Positions 1-7,034 of a stretch of 22,864 bases of DNA are shown in pieces. The DNA is taken from the NCBI GenBank assembly GCA_964247135.1, contig CAXTTL010000055.1:1-22864 (forward strand), written 5' to 3'. The stretch is from an uncultured Deinococcales bacterium (GTDB lineage: Bacteria; Deinococcota; Deinococci; Deinococcales; JAAFIG01). The notes beneath the pieces are model-generated. The model worked only from the letters and a program-made list of their open reading frames with translations. It was not told where the DNA came from and searched no databases. The position numbers and the translations under genes were made by a program. How positions within the stretch are numbered: the stretch's first letter is position 1; each line of letters begins with the position of its first letter.

Positions 1-280
1 TTTTGACGGCGACCTCTCGGCTTTGATTGAACGCTCCAGCCCTGCCAAAATCGTCAAACTCGAGCTTTCCAAAGTTATTCCTCGAGAAATTCTGGAATCG
101 TATGCACCGGTCAAAAGCATCGATGGTCTGTTCGCGGAACTGCTCGTACCGCGCCTCGAGACGAGCAAAGTCTCTGGGCGGCTTCTGTCCGAACTACCAG
201 TGGCAGACGTGACGATTGAAGACCCAGACATTGAAGCCATCATTGGCGAACTGTTTCAAAGTAATGCGGTGAAACCATGA
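1..280 (+). CDS. ABC transporter ATP-binding protein, C-terminal part (5'-truncated by window)
   Basis: Frame is open from base 2 (FDGDLSALIERS...DVTIEDPDIEAIIGELF), a typical C-terminal tail of ABC-2-type ATPases. Stop overlaps the next ATG (ATGA at 277-280), and two permeases follow. Confidence 0.8.
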   Translation, partial: FDGDLSALIERSSPAKIVKLELSKVIPREILESYAPVKSIDGLFAELLVPRLETSKVSGRLLSELPVADVTIEDPDIEAIIGELFQSNAVKP

Positions 281-1113
281 AACTCAAGACTGGAACCCAA
301 ATGGGTTTATTTGAGAACATGTGGCGCAAATCCAGAGCCATGTTCACGGTGTATTTCGCGCACATGACCATCTACCGCGCCGAGATTTTGATCTGGATGC
401 TCTCGGGCGTCGTGCCCTTAATCATGATGAGTGTCTGGATCGGCAAGGCGAGCGCCAACGGTGGCAGCCTCTCGAGTTTCAGTCCTGCGAGCTTTGCCGC
501 GTACTTCCTGGCGGCTTGGGTCTCGCAACAACTGACCGTGGCTTGGGTCGCGTATGAACTCGATTTTCAAATTCGGCAAGGTGAACTTTCCTCGAGGCTC
601 CTGCGCCCGATGGACCCGTTCTGGGAGCAGTTCTTTCGGCATTTCACCGAACGTTTTGTGCGCGGTCCATTTATTCTGGCGTTCGTGATCGCCGGAACGT
701 TTATTGTCCCAGGCACCCGCCTCAGCCCAGATATTTGGCATGTGCTCGAGTATCTTTTGGTGATTCAAATGGCGTTTTTGATGCGTTTTATGATCGCCTT
801 TTGCATCGGTACGCTGTGCTTCTGGTTTGAAAACGCCACCGCTTTCGACGAATTTTATTACGTACTTTTAACCTTTCTGGCGGGCGGTTTTGCACCGCTC
901 GAGTTTTTCCCGCCCGCACTCCGCGCCGTGGTCGAATGGACACCATTTCCGTACATGGTCTATTACCCCGCCAAAGTCCTCACTGGTGCACTCGAGCCAA
1001 GCCAAACCCTGCGCCTGATCGGTATTTTGCTGGCTTGGATTGTCTTTTTCACCATCTTGCGAGCTGTCCTCTGGCGGGCAGGATTGAAAAAGTACGGCGC
1101 GGTGGGCGCATGA
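277..1113 (+). CDS. ABC-2 family transporter permease (DUF990-like)
   Basis: 278 aa, multiple hydrophobic segments, motifs YRAE, IRQGELSSRLLRP, PLEFFP, PF.YM.Y.P. Confidence 0.85.
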   Translation: MKLKTGTQMGLFENMWRKSRAMFTVYFAHMTIYRAEILIWMLSGVVPLIMMSVWIGKASANGGSLSSFSPASFAAYFLAAWVSQQLTVAWVAYELDFQIRQGELSSRLLRPMDPFWEQFFRHFTERFVRGPFILAFVIAGTFIVPGTRLSPDIWHVLEYLLVIQMAFLMRFMIAFCIGTLCFWFENATAFDEFYYVLLTFLAGGFAPLEFFPPALRAVVEWTPFPYMVYYPAKVLTGALEPSQTLRLIGILLAWIVFFTILRAVLWRAGLKKYGAVGA

Positions 1114-1895
1114 AACGCTACTTTCGCCTGATCTCCATTTTTGCTGGCTCGAGCATTGCCGCTCAACTCGAGTACCGCGCTAATTTTATTGTCAACTTGG
1201 TTGGATCGCTGTTTACGGCTGTCGGCAGCTTGTTTGGTTTGTCGGTGCTGCTCTCAAACGGCTCGAGCCTCGGCGGTTGGAATCAACTCGAGGCGATTGT
1301 GGTGGTTGGCGTGTTCACATTGATTGAAGGCTACATGGGCATGTTCTTGTACCCAAACCTCAATAAAATTGCCGAGGGCGTCCGCACGGGCAGCATGGAT
1401 TTTACGCTCTTAAAACCGCTCGACTCGCAATTTCTGGTCTCGAGCCTCAACGTCAATATTTTGCGCGTCGCCGATCTGTTCATTGGCACGGGTTTAATCG
1501 TTTACGCCAGCCTGAAACTCTCGAGCGTGCAAGCGCCTGGAATTCTGATTGCGGTCTTGCTGATTCTGGCTGGTTTTGCATCCGTCTATTCGATCTGGCT
1601 GATGCTCTGCACCACCGCTTTTTGGTGGGTCGGCGTCGAAAACATCACCGAATTGTTCTGGGGTTTCTTTCGCGCTGGACAATTCCCCGTGACCGCCTTC
1701 CCAGGTTGGGGACGCATTTTGTTTACCTTCGTGATTCCCGTGGCATTCATCACCACCGTTCCCGCCGAAGCTTTGATTGGACGCGGGAAACTCGAGACGG
1801 CGATTGGCGCTTTGGGTGTGGCGTTGTTGTTGCTGGTGGTCTCGAGGTTGTTCTGGAAATTTGCGCTTCGGAATTACACCAGCGCGAGTTCGTGA
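1110..1895 (+). CDS. ABC-2 family transporter permease (DUF990-like), second subunit
   Basis: Start moved to ATG 1110 (MKRYFRL), overlapping the upstream stop (ATGA). Motifs EYRANF, GGW, VRTGSMDFTLLKP.D.QF, FITTVPA, YTSASS. Confidence 0.85.
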   Translation: MKRYFRLISIFAGSSIAAQLEYRANFIVNLVGSLFTAVGSLFGLSVLLSNGSSLGGWNQLEAIVVVGVFTLIEGYMGMFLYPNLNKIAEGVRTGSMDFTLLKPLDSQFLVSSLNVNILRVADLFIGTGLIVYASLKLSSVQAPGILIAVLLILAGFASVYSIWLMLCTTAFWWVGVENITELFWGFFRAGQFPVTAFPGWGRILFTFVIPVAFITTVPAEALIGRGKLETAIGALGVALLLLVVSRLFWKFALRNYTSASS

Positions 1896-1957
1896 CAGCT
1901 TTAACCCTGACGTGCACATCTCATCCTCGAGCCATTAACGCCCTTTAAACTCGAGCC

Positions 1958-2659
1958 ATGAAAACGCTAATGACACTGTTGTTTATGCTTGGCACTGTAT
2001 TCGCAGCCTCTTCGCTCGAGGATGCCAAAACTTTGTTCAACAACGGCAAGTTCTCAGAAGCCGCCAAAGTCGCCCTGACGCTCGAGAGCAGCGCGGGTTA
2101 TGCGTTTGCTGCCCGAAGCTTGTTTGAATATTCCAACCAGCAACCCAAAGAATCCCGTTTGGCAATTCTCGAGCAAGCCGAAAAATACGCTCAAAAAGCC
2201 GTGAAGCTTGACGATAAAAATGCCGACGCGTACTTCGAGGTGGGATCAACGGCTGGGCAACTCGGGGTTTTGCGCGGCGCGGCTTATGCCTTTGCCTCGG
2301 GCGTGGCGGTGACCGTGCGCGAGAGTTTTGAGAAAGCCATCGCGCTCGACCCGAAGCACGTTCAATCCATGATCGCACTTGGGTCATGGCACGCCGAAGT
2401 TGTCTCTCGAGGGGTTGGGTTTTTGTACGGTGGCAACCTCGAGAAGGTGTTTTCGTTATTTGAAACTGCCGTTCAAGTCGCACCAAAATCAGTTACGGTG
2501 CGTTTGGTTTACGCCAAAGCCCTGCTCAAACTGGACGAACAAAAATACCGCAATCAAGCCAAAAACCAACTCGAGCTGGCGGTCAAACTCGAAGCTGAAA
2601 CCTATCTCGAGAAACGCGCTTTGGAAAATGCGAAAGACATGCTGGCTGATTTAAAATGA
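1958..2659 (+). CDS. secreted TPR-repeat protein
   Basis: N-terminal signal peptide (MKTLMTLLFMLGTVFA) and repeated TPR-like units (AQKAVKLDDKNADAY, FEKAIALDPKHVQSM, FETAVQVAPKSVTVR). Confidence 0.75.
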   Translation: MKTLMTLLFMLGTVFAASSLEDAKTLFNNGKFSEAAKVALTLESSAGYAFAARSLFEYSNQQPKESRLAILEQAEKYAQKAVKLDDKNADAYFEVGSTAGQLGVLRGAAYAFASGVAVTVRESFEKAIALDPKHVQSMIALGSWHAEVVSRGVGFLYGGNLEKVFSLFETAVQVAPKSVTVRLVYAKALLKLDEQKYRNQAKNQLELAVKLEAETYLEKRALENAKDMLADLK

Positions 2660-2663
2660 ATCT

Positions 2664-3479
2664 TCAGACTGACATTTCCGAATGTTTGAGTGCTGCAACC
2701 CTGACCAGAACACCCATTTTGTGAGGTTGAGCTTGCACCGTTGGCTTAAATCCAAGCTCGAGGATCGCCTCATCGCAGGCAGGTCCAATGCTGGCAATTC
2801 GGAGCTTCTCGAGCGCGGTTTTGAAGTCCGTGATTAAACCCAAAGTTCTGGCAAAATCGACCGCGTGCCAGAGTTGGACGCCACTCGTTAACAGCAACCA
2901 TTTAAACTTGCCCGCGATCACATCACGCACGGCTCGCTCGAGTGGCGCGGTGTTTTCGGGCAACGCCCAACGGTAGACAGGCAGCAAGTGAACCCTCGCG
3001 CCAAGATTCTGAAGGGCGGTGACAAAGGCTTTGGGCGTATCCTCGCCAAACTCGGCAATAAAAATATGGCGTTGCTCGAGGTTACCGATGTTCTGGTAAT
3101 ACTCGAGCACCTCATGCCAGGTGTGCGGTTCGCTAACGAGCGTTCCAGTCAGATCGTGTTCGCGCAAGACCGCCACGGCTTTGTTGCTGCGCAAGACCAA
3201 ATTCACATTTTTGAGTGCGGCGATGGCTTCGGGCGTCAATTGGCGAAGCAAAAATTTTGTGCCCACACCAGTCATGCAGACCAAATCTGTGATCGTTTGT
3301 TGCTTTAACGCATCACTCAACTCGAGCAATTCCGCATTGTCCTCGAGCGGCACTTCACGGATGCTGGGCGCAACCGTGGCAACCCCGCCCAAACTTTCAA
3401 TCAGGGTTTGCATGTCGCTGGCACGACGGCTCTCGAGGGCGAGAACGGTTGCGCCATTAAAATTTGCGGTGACAGTCAT
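2664..3479 (-). CDS. hemD: uroporphyrinogen-III synthase (HemD family)
   Basis: Motifs LESRRA, APSIREVP, MTGVG, LPVYRW.LP, IASIGP.C; follows nirD by 9 nt on the same strand. Confidence 0.8.
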   Translation of the reverse strand: MTVTANFNGATVLALESRRASDMQTLIESLGGVATVAPSIREVPLEDNAELLELSDALKQQTITDLVCMTGVGTKFLLRQLTPEAIAALKNVNLVLRSNKAVAVLREHDLTGTLVSEPHTWHEVLEYYQNIGNLEQRHIFIAEFGEDTPKAFVTALQNLGARVHLLPVYRWALPENTAPLERAVRDVIAGKFKWLLLTSGVQLWHAVDFARTLGLITDFKTALEKLRIASIGPACDEAILELGFKPTVQAQPHKMGVLVRVAALKHSEMSV

Positions 3480-3488
3480 AAACGCAGT

Positions 3489-3857
3489 TTACTGTACGCC
3501 AACCAAAACCCGCCCCGCCTCGAGTTTCACGTTAAAAACCCGCAAGAACACGCTTGGGTCATCGAAGCTCTGACCCGTCTCGAGGTCAAACGTGTGCTTT
3601 AAAATCGGTGAAGCAATCTTGTAAACATCGCGTCCATCGCGTTTGGTGCTGCCAAAAATCCCCCTGGACATGACGTTGGCTTTGGAAAACGGGTCAAAAT
3701 TGGAAACCGCAAACAACTTGTTCTCCCTGGTGCGAAACACCGCGACTTGGGTGTTTTCGACCAGGGCATTCACGCCGCCAGCCACGGGGATTTGCTCGAG
3801 TTTGCAGATGTCCGTCCAGGTGGTTTCGAGTGGTTTTGCTGCGATTGTGGTGGGCAT
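3489..3857 (-). CDS. nirD: nitrite reductase small subunit (Rieske-like)
   Basis: QVAVFR, N.DPFSKANVMSRG, IASPILKHTFDLETG; RBS AAAGGAG upstream; downstream of nirB. Confidence 0.93.
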   Translation of the reverse strand: MPTTIAAKPLETTWTDICKLEQIPVAGGVNALVENTQVAVFRTRENKLFAVSNFDPFSKANVMSRGIFGSTKRDGRDVYKIASPILKHTFDLETGQSFDDPSVFLRVFNVKLEAGRVLVGVQ

Positions 3858-3889
3858 GTGGACTCCTTTTGGGTTTGGTTGCTTTCTCT

Positions 3890-3933
3890 CCTCTCATCCC
3901 CGACCCTTCTCTCCCAGGAGAGAAGGGAGTTTT
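3890..3933. repeat. palindromic intergenic repeat, CCTCTCATCCCCGACCCTTCTCTCC-N-GGAGAGAAGGG family
   Basis: Hairpin CCCTTCTCTCC-CA-GGAGAGAAGGG; a near-identical reverse-complement copy lies at 14588-14670, interrupted by a 40-nt insert. Confidence 0.85.
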
Positions 3934-3970
3934 ATTGCTTTCTCGAGAAACGGGAATTTGGTGTTTTGAA

Positions 3971-4023
3971 CCCTCTTTCGCGCAGCGAGAGAGGGTGACG
4001 AGCCTCGGCGAGTCGGGTGAGAG
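3971..4023. repeat. second palindromic element of CCCTCT...AGAGGG type, facing the 3890-3933 element
   Basis: Hairpin CCCTCTTTCGC-GCA-GCGAGAGAGGG, then a second imperfect hairpin GACGAGCCTCGGCGAGTC and GGGTGAGAG. Confidence 0.6.
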
Positions 4024-4053
4024 CTTCAGGTGAGATCGTGGACATTTTTTGTA

Positions 4054-6576
4054 TCAATCGTTGGCAATGTTCAACATCGGCAGCGCCTCGAGCCTTTCAA
4101 AATCGTAGATCGGGCGGTGTTGGTCGCGGTCTTTGACAAAAACGATGTTGTCGTCTTGCAGGTCAGAGTTGACAAAGTGTTTGAAGGTCGCCATCTTTTC
4201 TGGATTCTCGAGCGTCGCAGCCCACTCACATTGGTAATTTTGAACGTGCTTTTCCATGTCGGCTTCGAGTTCGGCACAAATGCCGAGCGAATCCTCGAGA
4301 ATCACTTGTTTGAGGTATTCGATGCCGCCTGGCATTTTCTCGAGCCAGACGCTGGTGCGTTGCAGGCGGTCGGCGGTGCGGATGTAAAACATCAAAAAGC
4401 GGTCAATGTAACGAATCAAGGTTTCGTCGTCGAGGTCGCTGGCAAAGAGGTCGGCGTGACGCGGGCGCATTCCGCCGTTGCCGCAGACGAACAGGTTGTA
4501 ACCGCGTTCGGTGGCGATGATGCCGAAGTCTTTGCTTTGGGCTTCGGCGCATTCTCGAGTACACCCCGAAACCGCGCTTTTGAGTTTGTGCGGGGCGCGT
4601 AAACCCTTGTACCGATTCTCGAGCAAGACCGCCATCGCCGTGCTGTCTTGCACGCCGTAGCGACACCAAGTGCTGCCAACGCAGCTTTTCACGGTACGCA
4701 AGGCTTTGCCGTAAGCGTGTCCGCTCTCAAAACCTGCTTCAATCAATTCTTGCCAAATGTAAGGCAGTTGCTCGAGCCTCGCGCCGAACATGTCCACGCG
4801 TTGCCCGCCGGTCAGTTTGGTGTACAAACCGTATTTTTTGGCGACGCTGCCGACGGCGATCAAACCTTCGGGCGTGACCTCGCCGCCCGCCATGCGCGGC
4901 ACGACGCTGTACGTGCCGTCGCGCTGCATGTTGGCGAGGAAGCGGTCGTTGGTGTCTTGCAGCACCTCGAGTCCGTCTTTGAGGATGTATTCCTCATACA
5001 AACTGGCGAGGATGCTGGCAACGGCAGGTTTGCAAATTTCGCAGCCTTCACCATGTCCATGATGCTCGAGGACTTGATCAAAGTTTTGGTATTGGCGCAC
5101 GCGGATGATGTCGTAGAGTTCTTGTCTCGAGTATTCAAAGTGTTCGCACAGGTGGTTGTTGACGGTTTGCCCCATTGCCACGAGTTCGGCATTGAGGACA
5201 TCTTTGCAGAGCGCCGCACAACCGCCGCAACCTGTGCAGGCTTTGGTCGAAGTTTTGATGCCAGCCATATCACTCGCACCGTCACGAATGGCAGTCACAA
5301 TTGCGCCTTTGGAAACGTTCTCGCAGGAGCAAATCATGGCGCTGTCAGGCAATGCGGCTTTGACTCGAGCACCGTCAAAACTTGGCACGATCAATTCGGC
5401 TGGGTTGCTCAGAACAGTGTTGGCTTGCACTTGAGCCACCAATGCACCGTAATCGCTGGTGTCACCCACCAGCACGCCGCCGAGCAATGTTGTGCCGTCG
5501 CTCGAGAGTACAATTTTTTTGTACGAACCCTTAATTGGGTCAATGAAACTCATCTCTTCCGCGCCTGGAGTCTTGGCAAACGAATCACCGAACGAGGCGA
5601 CATCGACGCCCAAAAGTTTGAGTTTGGTGCTCAGGTCAGCGCCCTCAAAGCGTTGCTCGCCGCCCGTCAGCACATCGGCTAAAACCCGAGCCATCGTGTA
5701 ACCAGGGGCGACCAGACCGTAAATTCGTCCAGAGTGCAAAGCGCATTCGCCAATCGCGTAAATGCTGGGGTCGCTGGTGCGGCAGGAATCGTTGATGACA
5801 ATGCCGCCGCGTTCGCCGACTTCAATGCCCGAAGCTCGAGCCAGCTCGTCCCTGGGGCGAATGCCCGCGCTGAAGACCACCATGTCGGTCTCGAGCGTTT
5901 GACCATCGGCAAATTTCAAGCCTGCGACCCTGCCCGAGTCGTCCGCGTCAAAAATACATTCGGTGCTTTTGGCAACGTGAACGCCAATGCCCATGTCCTC
6001 GATTTTGCGTTTCAGCATTTTGCCGCCGGCTTCGTCCACCTGAACGGGCATCAAACGCGGTGCAAATTCGACGACGTGCGCGGTCAATCCAAGGTTTTTC
6101 AGTGCACCCGCCGCCTCGAGTCCCAGCAATCCGCCGCCGATCACCACGCCGACCTTGCTGTTCTGGCTGTAATTTCTGATCTTGTCCAAATCCTCGAGGG
6201 TACGGTAGACAAAAACACCGTTTAAATCTTTGCCTGGAACAGGCGGCACGAACGGGAATGAACCCGTCGCCAGCACCAAAATGTCGTAAGGAAAACGCTG
6301 GTCGCCGACGTAAACGTTTTTGGTCTCGCGGTCGATGCTGCTGGCTTTTCCCCAGGCGACCTTGACGCCCCAGGCTTCGTAATCGGCGGTCCGCCCAAGG
6401 CTTAAATCTGGGGCGGGCGTCTCGAAGTACGAGCTAAGGTGAACGCGGTCATACGCCAAGTGTGCCTCTTCGTTGATGATGGTGATGTCAAAGCGCTGTC
6501 CCGAACCCATCAGGGACTCGAGGAACTTGTGTCCGACCATGCCGTTGCCGATCACAACGATTGCTTGATGCGCCAT
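4054..6576 (-). CDS. nirB: NAD(P)H-dependent assimilatory nitrite reductase large subunit
   Basis: Start moved to ATG 6576 (MAHQAIVVIGNGMVG) with RBS AGGAGG. FAD/NAD motifs, BFD-like [2Fe-2S] motifs (CSCENV...CTGCGGC; LCEHF...GCEICKP), siroheme/[4Fe-4S] motifs (CVGSTWC, SGCTRECAE). Confidence 0.97.
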   Translation of the reverse strand: MAHQAIVVIGNGMVGHKFLESLMGSGQRFDITIINEEAHLAYDRVHLSSYFETPAPDLSLGRTADYEAWGVKVAWGKASSIDRETKNVYVGDQRFPYDILVLATGSFPFVPPVPGKDLNGVFVYRTLEDLDKIRNYSQNSKVGVVIGGGLLGLEAAGALKNLGLTAHVVEFAPRLMPVQVDEAGGKMLKRKIEDMGIGVHVAKSTECIFDADDSGRVAGLKFADGQTLETDMVVFSAGIRPRDELARASGIEVGERGGIVINDSCRTSDPSIYAIGECALHSGRIYGLVAPGYTMARVLADVLTGGEQRFEGADLSTKLKLLGVDVASFGDSFAKTPGAEEMSFIDPIKGSYKKIVLSSDGTTLLGGVLVGDTSDYGALVAQVQANTVLSNPAELIVPSFDGARVKAALPDSAMICSCENVSKGAIVTAIRDGASDMAGIKTSTKACTGCGGCAALCKDVLNAELVAMGQTVNNHLCEHFEYSRQELYDIIRVRQYQNFDQVLEHHGHGEGCEICKPAVASILASLYEEYILKDGLEVLQDTNDRFLANMQRDGTYSVVPRMAGGEVTPEGLIAVGSVAKKYGLYTKLTGGQRVDMFGARLEQLPYIWQELIEAGFESGHAYGKALRTVKSCVGSTWCRYGVQDSTAMAVLLENRYKGLRAPHKLKSAVSGCTRECAEAQSKDFGIIATERGYNLFVCGNGGMRPRHADLFASDLDDETLIRYIDRFLMFYIRTADRLQRTSVWLEKMPGGIEYLKQVILEDSLGICAELEADMEKHVQNYQCEWAATLENPEKMATFKHFVNSDLQDDNIVFVKDRDQHRPIYDFERLEALPMLNIAND

Positions 6577-6616
6577 TTTTGACCTCCTGCCACGCGTAAA
6601 TCGTGACCTTGGATAC

Positions 6617-6645
6617 ATGTTAGTCAAATTTTTGCAAACTGTCAA
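6617..6645 (-). promoter_or_regulatory. sigma70-like promoter for nirB-nirD-hemD
   Basis: Minus strand reads TTGACA (6645-6640), 17-nt spacer, TAACAT (6622-6617), about 40 nt upstream of the nirB ATG. Confidence 0.65.
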
Positions 6646-6883
6646 TCAAAATATGCACAAGTGTCACTTTATGATGTACACCCCAAGTCAAAGCTTTATG
6701 CTTCTTTCAGGCTCGAGATTTATAAAAATTTTCTCGAGAATTTAGATATTTGGTGGCATTCAAGGCTTATTTTTGGTTTTTTATCCAAGTTTTGAGCGAC
6801 TCAAGCGACCAAATCGACTCGAATCCGCCAATTTTGCATTTGCAATTTGTACATCAATTTTTGTACACAATGCAAGTTTTTGC

Positions 6884-6912
6884 TTGACACTTTGCAATTG
6901 TTGTTTTAGATT
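6884..6912 (+). promoter_or_regulatory. sigma70-like promoter for nasA-nrtABD
   Basis: TTGACA (6884-6889), 17-nt spacer, TAGATT (6907-6912). Confidence 0.65.
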
Positions 6913-6986
6913 GACCTCGAGAAGATTTTTGTATACCAAATCACAAAAATTCTAAAAAATACCGTTCAAAACGAAGGAAATTATTC

Positions 6987-7034
6987 ATGACCTCGAGTCT
7001 GCGCACGCCAAAAACCAAGCAAGGTCAAGCGTGA
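6987..7034 (+). CDS. candidate 15-aa leader peptide MTSSLRTPKTKQGQA
   Basis: RBS-like AAGGAAA at 6974-6980; ATG at 6987; TGA stop overlaps the nasA GTG (GTGA). Confidence 0.3.
   Translation: MTSSLRTPKTKQGQA

Noticed and set aside
6577-6645. N-terminal extensions in the ORF track (nirB 6645; also 936, 9112, 11422, 13171, 18198, 18965)
   Set aside because: They run through promoters, REPs or upstream genes; downstream starts have good RBSs or stop/start overlaps and match the family N-termini.
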